From a virus (lineage: Duplodnaviria > Caudoviricetes), in IMG/VR virus record IMGVR_UViG_3300032246_000977, positions 5,840-69,839 of that record: a DNA stretch of 64,000 nucleotides; one strand, 5' to 3'. The notes below the pieces were generated by a model. The model was not told the origin of the DNA. It saw nothing but the letters and a program-made list of their open reading frames with translations, and ran no database searches. Every line of letters starts with the position of its first letter. Position 1 is the stretch's first letter. Both the position numbers and the translations under genes were made by a program. This document shows, piece after piece, positions 21,101 to 28,079 of the stretch.

Positions 21101-23843
21101 AACAATGACAGCGGTGATTAACAGTGCTGGCAAAGTAGTATCAATCACAGTTGATAATCCTGGATCTGGTTATATTAGTACAGCATTAATATCATTTGCC
21201 GGCGGTAATGGCGTTGGAGTGCGAGCTGTTGCTGTTATGGGCAATGACTTGATCCGCAGTATTAAAACAACTATCAAGTACGATAGATATCAATATGTAA
21301 GTACCATTTACGAATGGCAACCCAATGTTAACTACGATAATGGTACACAAGTTAGATATGCCAATCGAGTTTGGGAAGCAGACAGCGGCGATAGTACTGG
21401 TGTAGAAAGTGCTACATTTGATCCTGCACAATGGATGTTAGTGTCAGCTGACACACTTAGTGGTGTAGATCGTACCATGGGATTCTACACACCTACAGCT
21501 AACGAGCCCGGTCTAAGTTTGCCATTATTAATTGACGGTATTGATTATCCTGGAGTACAAGTTGATGCACCAGACTTCAATCAAAACACCGGCTTTGATG
21601 TTGGCAATTACGATATCAGCCCGTTTGATAATATTTCTTATGGGCCAGAAGGACGTCCTACTTACGATCCTGGTATACTTGATGCAATCTATGAAAGCGA
21701 ATACCTTGACATATATCTTGGAACTCGCCCAACTGATGTCAATGTCGACGGTGGAGGCTATGTTGATGTATTCAGTAGTCATGCCCCAGAAGAATTAATT
21801 CCAGGTGCTGAATTTGATACCTTAGACATGAGAATTTATACTCGTCCTGGAGCAGATTGGCTAGGCAACGGGCATGGGTTCCCAGAAAAAATTAGTAACT
21901 TTGTATTTGATCCAGCCGATTCTGTTTTAAGTTTTGCTGGACTCTTAGATTATCCTGCACAGATTATAGTTTATAATCAAACTACCGGAGTACAATTAAC
22001 ATTAGATGACAACTATACAGTTGATTGGACCGATCAAACTGTAACAATTCTATCATCAGTTAGTGCTGGAAACATTGTTACAGTTGAAGTATATGGATTG
22101 GGTGGTGGTAACCAGCTTTACCAACAGACCTACAATGGTGCTGATGTTGGTGAGTACATCACAGTGCCCGTGGCCTACGATCAAATTCAAGAATTTGCTA
22201 TTTTTGTCAATGGTGTATTAACTACCAATTATACCTATGTTACCGCAGGATTTAATTCTACTCGTATTCAGTTTGGAACAGTATACAATGTCACTGACTT
22301 TATAAGTTTATTTGCTATTGGACCCACTACTGTCAATGGTGTAACAACAAATTATAGTTGGAGTACTCCACAGACTCAAACCTTTGCCGGCGTCACTGGC
22401 GTACTGGCTTACAGCTTAGATAACAGTTTAGAATACACCAATCCTGACAACTTGATTGTAACTGTAAACGGAGTTCGTGCAAGAACTTCTGCAGGAATTG
22501 AGTGGTACGGTGATGGCTCTACTGAATATCTATTACCAGAACGTTTAGGATTTAGTCAAAGCCTGATTGCTGATAATCAAGTTGATGTGTATCTTAATGA
22601 TATTCCCCAGACGCTCGGTGTTGATTTTGCAGTTGAACCCTACAACGGATATCCACGTCGTGTGGTGTTTGCTCAAGAGCCAGCAATAGGAACTAGAATT
22701 TTAATTTGTGTAAACGCAGGAACACAGTGTTACGTCAATGGCAGTCAGCTCTTGTTTGTTGAAGGCAGTGGTCTTGTACCAAACAATGGCGACAGTATTT
22801 CTGTTACAACGTGGAATGACACACGTCAACAAAACATTTTGACCAAAGTTATTGTTGGCCCAATTACCACAGGTGCAACAATAGTACAACCATATGATTC
22901 CACTGACTTTGATAGTCCGGCTGTGCTTGACCCGTTTGAAACTGCTCCAGGATTGTTTGACTACAGTGCCGGAACTGAGATTACCGTAAATGACATACAA
23001 TTAGGCCGTGTAATTACTGATCCTAGTCGACTTTGGGTAACGTTAAATGGCCGTCGACTGTTTAATAACTATGATTTTACCATTGTTGGCGAAGAGTTAA
23101 TTTTAACTTCTGGAGTTATGCAGGCCGCTGATGTATTGATGATTACAGAAATCACAGACACAGTGGTTCCAGAAGCCATGGCCTTCCGCATATTCCAGGA
23201 TATGCGTGGAGTACAAGCCACATATCGTATCACACCATCTAGCTCTACAACACTAACACAGCCGTTATCAATGGACGGCAATATTATCCATGTTGATAAT
23301 GTAGCGGCATTGGGCCAACCAGATTTGACTCTTAACATTTGGGGAGTGCTCATGGTCGACGGCGAGCGTATCATGTACCGCGAAAGAGACACCGTGGCCA
23401 ATACTGTTAGTGGATTGTTACGTGGCACAGCCGGTACTGCTGTTGCAGAGCATAGCACTGGTGCAGTGGTTACTGATCTAGGACGTGGCAATTTGTTGCC
23501 AGTACAATTCCAAAATTACATTGTAAGTAACAGCACATTAGCCGACGGCAGTACTGTAACGTTTGTAGCTGATGATATTAATTTGTTGTTGGAAGATAGT
23601 ACCATTAGAGACGAATCTGTAGAAGTTTACGTTGCTGGTATTCGAGTGCAAGCTGGATTTACTATTACTGCGGATAACCCATGCACTGTAACATTTGGCA
23701 CCGCACCGGCCAATGGCGTAGAAGTAACTATTTTGGTACGCCGTGGAGTAACTTGGTATAATCCTGGTATTGACGAGCCCAGCGACGGAGTTCCGTTACA
23801 AGATACTGTTAATCAGTGCGCACAGTTTTTGAGGGGCCAATAA
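9174..23843 (+). CDS. Giant (4,889 aa) multidomain baseplate/virion structural protein
   Basis: Uninterrupted 14.7-kb ORF coupled to gp6. The N-terminus (FLPEIFQT..NRQFL) resembles gp7/gpI-type wedge proteins. It contains FG-GAP-like repeats, CBM5/12-like WxPxxxYxxG modules and Ig-like inserts. Confidence 0.75.
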   Translation: MARVRTVEFLPEIFQTPVNRQFLNATLDQLVQEPNFSKTQGFVGRKVGPGVNPADKYVIEPTKVRNDYQLEPGVISLQPDDNGTILDAITYPGINDALRLQGANVTNPDSMYGSEYYTWDPFVDFDKFINYSQYYWQPAGPLAVDVGAIGVPLTDDFVVTRANGVYTFSGIPGTNPTLTLVRGGNYTFQVAQNATEDINFRVQNSGTSAYVIDYETNPTLTLVRGNTYTFTLSLSGPFAFYIKTEATLGNTELYNGVLSDGSPAVTNNGAYTGTVTFTVPQDAPDVLYYANSTQLNMRGTFVIEDATPGTGPGFWIQTDPGVNGVLPYATNISSRDVLGVINNGEDLGTVSFDVPLSTAQDFYYGLSKIGNIAGKPAGTVDLVTTLKFNEINNQFITTNDNGNIVPGPFFVANPAGIDGITELDGKTIVFLNQEPDTESGGWQITTQFDPITRTVPNQVSVTQSYDVNGQPYDDQPYETLSNAIVSGSPDPKDGQAGTYDSIPFDQTTDITTQSARYSVWQIQYVTANDGSKYIKLNSVLSVANLEKFQILYGTQYATTEWYKNAEGYFEEFPLLTAIKSLLWYQDGTDPEIFGQIRLIDQDKQATLFIEDIVGQQNYTSPNGVVFTNGLKVQFRGEVEPASYQNNSYYVEGVGTAIQLLPVTNFVTPEPYTNSQTIPYDSTPFDVGNYDASLNAPLVPDYLVINRASPDLNAWTRTNRWFHIDVITYAAELNGLTPTVDQNYRARRPILEYRAGTRLFDYGTQGKQPIDVIDFTATDALSTINGTTGYSIDGYSLLQGSRVIFAADTDSQVRNKIYQVEFITPDTVPPEIPQPIINLVPAPDATVLYNQSTVCLSGVTLQGKAFWFDGVEWLESQEKTTVNQAPLFDVYNTNGVSFGDRAAYPSTTFRGCKLFSYATSNLSPDAVLGFPLRYLSLDNIGDIVFDNNLYTDTFGYVLGSTGQTVDVSSGFVRQYSNRLDYRREIGWQPAATRSIQRQQFQFTYDGSPLLLDVAVNTNNVIPAIQLYVNSQFQDPGRYTYITTSDTTTITMSKTYVLPGDVIEVAVLSDQVSATAFYQIPVNLENNPLNTNNSIFTLGTARTHYETVGENLLGLVGPIIGPNNTRDLGNIVPFGQQILQQSSPLTLAGYFMRSKEYDIFGALEYNSREYIKFKSLLIDTVVRNDYGDMTVAEILDSAIATITNGRTDTNPFYWSDMLPTGSVYTQTVNTITPISTPIFNTVQTYDFTSSNYLGLLVYLTRTINNQPVTTLLVRDVEYVVATDSPRLTITVPLNDGDVVTINEYGNTAGNFVPNTPTKLGLYPKYLPRIFYDIDYVNPALVVQGHDGSITIAFTTTDQYNNGHIDIRDQILLEFEKRIYDNLKNDGNPVPLTAEEVIPGFFRKTDYTQTNINNILSESFLTWVGWNKLDYKRQDYIANNPFTYNYSTAGNKVNEEPLLGAWRGIYRYFYDTLTPNLTPWEMLGLTEKPVWWEERYGPAPYTSDNLVLWDDLEAGLVADPIAPYIKPNYVRPGLTKLIPVGTEGELLAPLYSVVGSYNSNAFQKSWSAGDGGPVEASWWMSSSYPFAIMRLLILTKPAEFFALFADRDLYRYDFELEQYLYNGRYRLDANGIEIYGNGVSKASYIDWIVDYNRQLGRNSTTALTNDLANLDVRLCYRMASFTDKQYLDVILERQSPNSTNSSLTLPDNNYQLLLYKNQPFNEIVYSALIIEIVSGGYAVYGYNNATPYFNIFASASNGLLKTVSGGGTAVRVPAQYSDTVVQIPYGYTFVNNTVVVDFILSYGAYLEKQGLIFNDYENGYKLDWTQMATEFLYYSQQGWTPGTIINLNPCATTLKAFRAGSVVDTIISTSPEQLLLDQNRTTLPTRDLIVQRDGDAFSVTSASNQSISYLHLKFTSYETMMVLDNVSIFQDLVYNPATSARQSRIRIVAATSNEWNGVLDAQGFILNNNSNVKEWLPNKKYTKGEIVIYKNNYWSAQTIVQPKVEFDYNDWVKSDYTKIQGGLLPNLANKANQLANSYDTQQANLESDNDLLSFGLIGFRPRQYMTDLNLDDISQVNLYQQFLPTKGTLRSAQLFTRADLGKETGDYEIFENWGVLVGTYGANANRSFFELRLNEAYLRSDPCTVQVINPGETSQANQTILLDDVWRESYKLTSPDILPTTYTTNRDTALPSAGYVNLNDVDLTVFSLDDPTSIAANINDIGVGTTIWAAKSNSYDWNVYRCSRVPGQLILVTDNLNGTSIAQFSQPHGLSVGDLVVFRYFNANVNGVYRVLAVPGISSITVAFNFGSSNQTSLIGSGLVFYLQTMRVSQASDVASLPYANSLISGAKAYVDDNGSGHWEVLEKQNPFTGFDEFSPDPLVYNSRYGVSVTQPLNLSAALVGAPGTGTDAGAVYSYIRDTTNNLYLQDIQLELTAPNVTGYGNAVKFGQNTWAVAGASASRNNTGYAATIYRAPVTGGYSTTQLLIAPDQNFGATRFGYDVAMSQDERWMYVSAPYADSGGRVYAYGRVDVEEQYASYRTDGATTAFNWSNSLVIDYTQPDQLTVSLNNELLYETTDYTVNQNNIVFSVPPPNGQLLVITRRQAVQLDSATYFEVEQNSTTGSGLDAKFTVDVTRGVYTVTITNSGLNYVVGNQLTILGTQIGGTAPANNLVITVTAVNAGAITEFTFTGSGISNTTVFSLSPYLYTVSNIYSFVVTIDGVLQRPHIDYEFNEDSTATTADLHLLTNPPAGANIYVVSNTYWQYCDTISVPGLANDSQFGVSLATATNGAQILAGCNRDSAIDANGRTIAHAGSVYAFDRSILNYLIDNVDTVTYSLTGSVTGPVSVALNNQFLNVYEFTDTNGLTTIQFINGQVNVNLYTNEITLLDNLTVTVGDVLSVSTNQFSQIQKITADTPLDETAYGQAVDLCPTDCSLYAGAPLDSSVLPQAGSVQRNVNQSRVYGVTTSTIANPSLTAGDTIRINNYEVAVPVAPNNNIEGLISAINAAGIPNVVATMAANAEFVGNGATKVFDIGTLYSAADSYTTVVYINDTLQNYGSDYIYNNTTQQIFFVLAPITGAVVTVVSGRMTLNVKNTESATAFNKLTVLPGVIGSAFDNLGWNTFVYAQTIVSPSPSDFAQFGSALSIDSSNVNLVVGAPNGNVYQPEIFDGGETYFDDRSTTFFHPIDNSGVVYTYDYLPSSTSSVTNPGKFVFGQQIYAEELMPNDQFGIAVNFTSGRLMVGVPGNDLGDSSANYGRVNVFNNPDRKSAWTVIHEQQPVVDVDLLNGVYMYDKLTSSTQTYFDFIDPLQGKILGAARRNLDYIGAVDPANYNTGSIHNNGNSWGSEHVGQMWWDTDTVRFIDPNQDDIVYASRRWSQTFPGSRVDIYQWVASDVPPLSYTGVGTPLSTTSYTVRSNLNQENVFTTTYYYWVRGITTISTGAGKTLSAVGVSRYIENPRNSGIPYIAALNASTVAIYNGLEYISAADTILHIDYDRQLTDANIHTEYEFIAQNKPDAFLSATLYRKLQDSFCGADTAGAVVPDPFLSPAERYGVQFRPRQSMFVDRFMALENYLGRANNVLKQFPIIESRKLSLLNSAEPQPTSTVDGVVVWNKRVANLEELSYQNLYSVPLGYLYLVESTSTQNGLWTIYEVAISDVVSTERTVNLVRVQNYDTRLYWDHIDWYLPGYNSTVQPIAEVPVYSALDTLSLQAAPVGSSVKVTANAQGKFEIYLRTDLGWERVGLQDGTIQFSEKLWNYAAGNFGFDVEVFDAQYFDQEPVIETRKIIQAINEELFIDDLAIERNRALMLVFNFIYSEFTTPSWLVKNSFIDVFHKIRSLLPYQTYLQDNQTFVLDYIQEVKPYHVQIREFNLAYNGQDDYPGSLTDFDVPAYWNSALAQPQFISPVLQDDTAGHPYTLSDSVVKNTISDAGPNAEIWTMDPWKQWYNNYLLSIQSVTIVDGGAGYTVAPEVIVTGECVEQATMTAVINSAGKVVSITVDNPGSGYISTALISFAGGNGVGVRAVAVMGNDLIRSIKTTIKYDRYQYVSTIYEWQPNVNYDNGTQVRYANRVWEADSGDSTGVESATFDPAQWMLVSADTLSGVDRTMGFYTPTANEPGLSLPLLIDGIDYPGVQVDAPDFNQNTGFDVGNYDISPFDNISYGPEGRPTYDPGILDAIYESEYLDIYLGTRPTDVNVDGGGYVDVFSSHAPEELIPGAEFDTLDMRIYTRPGADWLGNGHGFPEKISNFVFDPADSVLSFAGLLDYPAQIIVYNQTTGVQLTLDDNYTVDWTDQTVTILSSVSAGNIVTVEVYGLGGGNQLYQQTYNGADVGEYITVPVAYDQIQEFAIFVNGVLTTNYTYVTAGFNSTRIQFGTVYNVTDFISLFAIGPTTVNGVTTNYSWSTPQTQTFAGVTGVLAYSLDNSLEYTNPDNLIVTVNGVRARTSAGIEWYGDGSTEYLLPERLGFSQSLIADNQVDVYLNDIPQTLGVDFAVEPYNGYPRRVVFAQEPAIGTRILICVNAGTQCYVNGSQLLFVEGSGLVPNNGDSISVTTWNDTRQQNILTKVIVGPITTGATIVQPYDSTDFDSPAVLDPFETAPGLFDYSAGTEITVNDIQLGRVITDPSRLWVTLNGRRLFNNYDFTIVGEELILTSGVMQAADVLMITEITDTVVPEAMAFRIFQDMRGVQATYRITPSSSTTLTQPLSMDGNIIHVDNVAALGQPDLTLNIWGVLMVDGERIMYRERDTVANTVSGLLRGTAGTAVAEHSTGAVVTDLGRGNLLPVQFQNYIVSNSTLADGSTVTFVADDINLLLEDSTIRDESVEVYVAGIRVQAGFTITADNPCTVTFGTAPANGVEVTILVRRGVTWYNPGIDEPSDGVPLQDTVNQCAQFLRGQ

Positions 23844-23849
23844 GCAAGG

Positions 23850-23855
23850 TAAATA
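23850..23855 (+). promoter_or_regulatory. T4-late-like promoter motif (TAAATA)
   Basis: TAAATA lies 4 nt before ATG 23860. Confidence 0.5.
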
Positions 23856-23859
23856 CATC

Positions 23860-24003
23860 ATGACGCAAAATACCGCACAATCAGCACCAAACACAACACC
23901 TGTTGCTAAACGCCCTAATGAAACTGGAAGTATTAGTGTTGAAGGATTTGTAAAGATATTTGACCCAAACACCAAAGAGAAATTTGTGGAGAAGAGAGCA
24001 TGA
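23860..24003 (+). CDS. Small 47-aa protein not in the ORF track, similar to the N-terminus of the next gene
   Basis: Translates as MTQNTAQSAPNTTPVAKRPNETGSISVEGFVKIFDPNTKEKFVEKRA*. It fills the intergenic gap, and its stop overlaps the next ATG (ATGA). Confidence 0.75.
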   Translation: MTQNTAQSAPNTTPVAKRPNETGSISVEGFVKIFDPNTKEKFVEKRA

Positions 24004-24605
24004 TTCAACCAGGTTTAGCTAAAATTGAAGGATTTGTTAAAATTACGGATCCCAACTCTGGCGAAGTTCTAGTGGATAAAAAGAACGCAATTCATTATGA
24101 AAACATTAGTATTGCCATGGCACAAACATTGAGTGATAGAAACTTGGGATATATCTATGAAATGGCATTTGGCAACGGCGGAAGCAGTGTAGACCCCACT
24201 GGTGTTATTACATATTTGCCCCCTAATATCACTGGGCAAAACGCAGACCTGTACAACGAAACCTACGCCAAGGTGGTAGATGACAATGCGGCAGCAGATA
24301 CAGACCCTGCCAACAACAAAATGGAAGTGCTACACACATCTGGTAAAGTTTATACTGATATTTTGGTAACTTGTTTGTTGGATTACGGCGAACCTGCTGG
24401 ACAACAAGCCTTTGATAACAGTACTAATTTCAATGGCGAATATGTATTTGATGAATTAGGACTAAAAAGCTGGAATGGTAGTGCTACAGACCTGCGTTTA
24501 ATTACCCATGTAATTTTTCACCCAGTACAAAAGAGCTTAAATCGCCAGATACAAATAGACTATACACTGCGTATACAGACTTTAACTAATCTAAGTGCAG
24601 CATAA
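24000..24605 (+). CDS. Baseplate/tail-fibre attachment protein (collar/DUF3751-like)
   Basis: MAFGNGG...FDELGL...LITHVIFHPVQKS...IDYTLRI pattern. It lies between the giant wedge protein and the fibre genes. Confidence 0.55.
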   Translation: MIQPGLAKIEGFVKITDPNSGEVLVDKKNAIHYENISIAMAQTLSDRNLGYIYEMAFGNGGSSVDPTGVITYLPPNITGQNADLYNETYAKVVDDNAAADTDPANNKMEVLHTSGKVYTDILVTCLLDYGEPAGQQAFDNSTNFNGEYVFDELGLKSWNGSATDLRLITHVIFHPVQKSLNRQIQIDYTLRIQTLTNLSAA

Positions 24606-24633
24606 ATATGTATAGATTATCTTGCGATAAATA
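24602..24633 (+). promoter_or_regulatory. Two T4-late-like ATAAATA motifs
   Basis: ATAAATA at 24602-24608 and 24627-24633, followed by a GGAG RBS before ATG 24655. Confidence 0.55.
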
Positions 24634-24654
24634 TAAAAGGACGGAGTAACATAA

Positions 24655-25923
24655 ATGGCATATACAATTAACTTAACTGACGGTACTATTTTTGCTACCA
24701 TTCCTGATGGTACAATTAATACATCCAGTTCAATGACCCTGATCGGTAAGAACTACGCTGGCTACGGCGATTTTCTAGATGAAAACTTTATTCACCTATT
24801 GGAAAACGGATCAAACACTACACCCCCAGGTGCACCTTTAGAAGGACAGCTTTGGTGGGATCAGACCAACAGTCTATTAAAAGTATACAACGGCACAACA
24901 TTCAAAACTATTAGTGCTGCCACTTCAAGTTCCACAGCCCCAACTGGTAACGTAACCGGTGACCTGTGGTATGATACAAACAACCAATTATTGAAAGTAT
25001 GGACCGGCACCACTTGGCTAACCGTTGGTCCATCAGTTGTGGCAGGCACTGGTGTACAGGCAGCCACATTAACAGACACTGGAAACTTTACACACGACGT
25101 TATTGAATTTACTATTGATAATGTTATTCAAATGATTCTAAGCAAGGACACCACAGCGTGGAGTCCAAATCCAGCTATCTCTGGATTCAGTCAAGTCAAG
25201 CCAGGTCTTAACATGTCTACAGCCAGTGCCACTTGGTTATTCCAAGGCACAGCAACAGATTCACAGTTGCTTGACAGTTTAGACTCTACACAGTTCCTAC
25301 GCAGTGACGAAAACGACACAACTAGCGGAACATTGGCTGTGCTGAATGACACAGGTTTTGCAGTTGGTGTTGACCAAGATTTGCGACTCAGTGTTTCTGG
25401 CATAACAGCACAAATTAAAAACAACACATCAGGTGGTAACTTGACATTTGGTGTAAACATTGGTGGTGTTCCTACAACCTGTTTGACTATTTACGGTGCC
25501 AACGGTGTTGTTAGCGGTACACAAGTTAATGCTCAATACGCCGACGTGGCAGAACGCTTTGCTGCTGATGAAATTTACGAAGCTGGTACCGTGGTTGAAC
25601 TGGGTGGCACAGCAGAAATTACCCGTTCTACTACGGAATTAAGCGAAACTGTGTTTGGTGTAATAAGTACTAGAGCTGCCTATCTAATGAATAGCCAAGC
25701 AGGATCAGACGCTACACATCCCCCAGTTGCAATGACTGGACGAGTTCCTGTAAGAGTCATTGGATCAATTGCCAAAGGTGACCGATTGGTTGCTGCTGGA
25801 AACGGTTTTGCTCGTACAGCACAACTAGGCGAAGCCACAGCATTTAATGTTATTGGCCGCAGTCTTACAACAAAATCAGATGATGGTGAAGGCACTGTTG
25901 AAGCCATCGTTACAATTAAATAA
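24655..25923 (+). CDS. Tail fibre protein with a C-terminal intramolecular-chaperone-like (peptidase G2-like) domain
   Basis: Repeated GQLWWD/GDLWYD..LLKVY/W fibre motifs. The C-terminus reads YADVAERF...VFGVIST...PVAMTGRVPVRVIG..AKGDRLV. Confidence 0.7.
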   Translation: MAYTINLTDGTIFATIPDGTINTSSSMTLIGKNYAGYGDFLDENFIHLLENGSNTTPPGAPLEGQLWWDQTNSLLKVYNGTTFKTISAATSSSTAPTGNVTGDLWYDTNNQLLKVWTGTTWLTVGPSVVAGTGVQAATLTDTGNFTHDVIEFTIDNVIQMILSKDTTAWSPNPAISGFSQVKPGLNMSTASATWLFQGTATDSQLLDSLDSTQFLRSDENDTTSGTLAVLNDTGFAVGVDQDLRLSVSGITAQIKNNTSGGNLTFGVNIGGVPTTCLTIYGANGVVSGTQVNAQYADVAERFAADEIYEAGTVVELGGTAEITRSTTELSETVFGVISTRAAYLMNSQAGSDATHPPVAMTGRVPVRVIGSIAKGDRLVAAGNGFARTAQLGEATAFNVIGRSLTTKSDDGEGTVEAIVTIK

Positions 25924-25935
25924 TAGGAAACAACA

Positions 25936-26949
25936 ATGACTTACGTATCTACAGGACTAATACAAGCCACAGACTATAATGGTTTTGTCAGCACAAATTC
26001 AGGTGCCAGTGCCAATATCAACGCCACTTGGGGACAAACCACAGTAGGTGCCGGCTACGGACAAGGTAACATTACTACCGTTGCTATTAACGACACAGTA
26101 ACAGCTACCAAATGGTCAGACCTAGTTAATAAAATTAGTAACATGGCCAGCCACCAAGGCACCACAATCACTTCAAGGTCGGCTCCAGTAGCTACCAACC
26201 TTATTCAAGTGTTGGCCAACGTTAATACAGACATTACCAACTGCTACAACAGTCGTGATAATGCTCTCACAGTCGGCACACCATATGGTACCTGGACAGG
26301 AAGTACAGCAAAAACTACTCCCACCGGTAGTGGCAGTACAGCTTGGACCATAACATTCACACACACCATTACATTTGCCAACAATACTGCATTCAACAAT
26401 TTCTTCAACTGCGGCGGCCGAATCAAGTGGGACGTGGCCAAGTCAAGTACTGGCACACTGGCTGACCCTGAGTGGAACGACTTGGCTACTACTCTTTGTG
26501 GCGACATCTACTTGACTGGATCGGCTGGTAGCAAGAACATTGTAAGTGTGCCTTACACTGGTACTACCAAAATTGGCGGCACAGGCGGAGCAACTACATT
26601 GGCCACAGCCACTGGTGCTTTTGCATTGACTACAAGTCCGGTGACATTGTACAAGCAATTTGCTGATACGGCACCGTATACTGGTCAGTATATTCAGTTG
26701 AACGCTAGTGTAAACAGTGCTACTCCTACAGTGATCACCTTTACCACAACTTGGGTTGATCCAGGTGGTTCTGGTGCAGGTAGTAGTGACAACATCTCGG
26801 GTGGTACAGATACACCATCACCCAACACAACCATTGTTGGTACAGCACCAACTACCTTGGTCACATATATTCCACCAGAAACAACTTATATAACCAACAC
26901 CTGGGGCAGCGGCGGCTCCGTACCAACTATTGCTGCCGCAATAACATAA
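25936..26949 (+). CDS. Thr/Gly/Ser-rich virion structural (fibre-like) protein
   Basis: Very T/G/S-rich with an FFNCGGRIKW motif. It is the last gene before the terminator of the structural block. Confidence 0.55.
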   Translation: MTYVSTGLIQATDYNGFVSTNSGASANINATWGQTTVGAGYGQGNITTVAINDTVTATKWSDLVNKISNMASHQGTTITSRSAPVATNLIQVLANVNTDITNCYNSRDNALTVGTPYGTWTGSTAKTTPTGSGSTAWTITFTHTITFANNTAFNNFFNCGGRIKWDVAKSSTGTLADPEWNDLATTLCGDIYLTGSAGSKNIVSVPYTGTTKIGGTGGATTLATATGAFALTTSPVTLYKQFADTAPYTGQYIQLNASVNSATPTVITFTTTWVDPGGSGAGSSDNISGGTDTPSPNTTIVGTAPTTLVTYIPPETTYITNTWGSGGSVPTIAAAIT

Positions 26950-26969
26950 CAGCAATAACAGTATTACCA

Positions 26970-26989
26970 AAAGCCCCGCAAGGGGCTTT
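26970..26989 (+). terminator. Intrinsic terminator-like hairpin with a GCAA tetraloop
   Basis: AAAGCCCC-GCAA-GGGGCTTT at the end of the structural block. Confidence 0.7.
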
Positions 26990-27015
26990 ACCTTATGCAC
27001 TTTTTGTAGTATAAT
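26987..27015 (+). promoter_or_regulatory. Sigma70-type promoter (TTTACC-17-TATAAT)
   Basis: -35 at 26987-26992 and -10 TATAAT at 27010-27015. ATG 27022 follows 6 nt later. Confidence 0.55.
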
Positions 27016-27021
27016 TAATCT

Positions 27022-27327
27022 ATGAATACTGATCAATTAATCTCTCATGGTCGTGCTCGTTTTGAACATGCCGCAAACAAACGCCTGCTTAAAGAAAAAT
27101 ACCAAGCCAAATTGACATTTGCCCACGCTGGTGGAATGTGGTCAGCAGGTCCGGAGTTATTGGCTGTATTAGCCGCTTGTACCAGTCCTGACTCTGTGCT
27201 ACTTGACCTATATGAAACGCCAATTCGAGTGCAAACTCGCGAGTTTCGAGATCAAGTACGCAGTCACTGGCAAGAACAAATGACAGCCTGGTTAGTAGAA
27301 TACGAAGAACTTAATCAAAACAGATGA
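27022..27327 (+). CDS. Hypothetical protein
   Basis: 101-aa ORF coupled (ATGA) to the next gene. Confidence 0.7.
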   Translation: MNTDQLISHGRARFEHAANKRLLKEKYQAKLTFAHAGGMWSAGPELLAVLAACTSPDSVLLDLYETPIRVQTREFRDQVRSHWQEQMTAWLVEYEELNQNR

Positions 27328-28079
27328 CAACTGGTGCCGTAATCTTTGCTCGTAACAACGAACAAATTGACTATGTGGCAATGGCACAATGGTCGGCTCG
27401 GAATATTGAAAGACATCTTGGCATCCCAACACACATAATAACCGACAGTAGTGCTCCAGGCACCAATACAAGGCATTTTACAGATGTGGGCTCAGTAACC
27501 TGGCATAATTTGAATCGCATGGATGCGTATCAAGCGTCACCATTTGATCAGACCTTGGTATTGGATGCAGACTACGTGGTAGCCAGCAATCAATTACAGG
27601 TGTTGTTAGAAAGTGATCAAGATTTTTTATGTCATCGTTGTGCGTACGATGTTACAGGGTTACAAACATTTGAAGATTTGAACTCGTTTGGAAACTATCA
27701 CATGCCCATGTGGTGGGCCACAGTTATGGTATTTCGTCGAAGCAAAAAAGCACAGGCCGTATTTGAGTCCATGGCCATGATCCGTGACAACTGGACACAC
27801 TACAGGAACCTATATGCCAACACACGAGCAACATATCGCAATGACCATGCACTCAGTATAGCACTAAACATTGAAAATGGTCACACGTTACAAACCACAG
27901 ACATTCCATGGTCGTTGGCCAGTCTAACACCCAATCATCGGTTAACACAGTTGGACCCGGATTGTTATCGGGTAGACTTTTTGACCGCAGATAAAAAACC
28001 ACGTTGGATCGAGTTACGCCAAGACTTTCATGCCATGGGCAAACAACAACTAGGAGAGATTGTTGCCAATCCTTGCTGA
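27324..28079 (+). CDS. GT-A fold glycosyltransferase-like protein (GT8-like)
   Basis: YQASPFDQTLVLDADY (DxD motif), YRNDHALSIA and a C-terminal FHAMGK. Confidence 0.65.
   Translation: MTTGAVIFARNNEQIDYVAMAQWSARNIERHLGIPTHIITDSSAPGTNTRHFTDVGSVTWHNLNRMDAYQASPFDQTLVLDADYVVASNQLQVLLESDQDFLCHRCAYDVTGLQTFEDLNSFGNYHMPMWWATVMVFRRSKKAQAVFESMAMIRDNWTHYRNLYANTRATYRNDHALSIALNIENGHTLQTTDIPWSLASLTPNHRLTQLDPDCYRVDFLTADKKPRWIELRQDFHAMGKQQLGEIVANPC

Noticed and set aside
693-26658. Many 60-150-aa antisense or alternate-frame ORFs in the ORF track (e.g. 2917-3357, 4770-5219, 23069-23491)
   Set aside because: They are fully nested opposite long, motif-bearing genes and have no RBS or recognisable motifs. They are best explained as shadow ORFs from codon bias.
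3-26949. Bacterial T6SS or extracellular contractile injection system
   Set aside because: T4-type gp6, fibre genes, TATAAATA-like late motifs, dense small early genes and the lack of bacterial housekeeping genes all point to a large phage.
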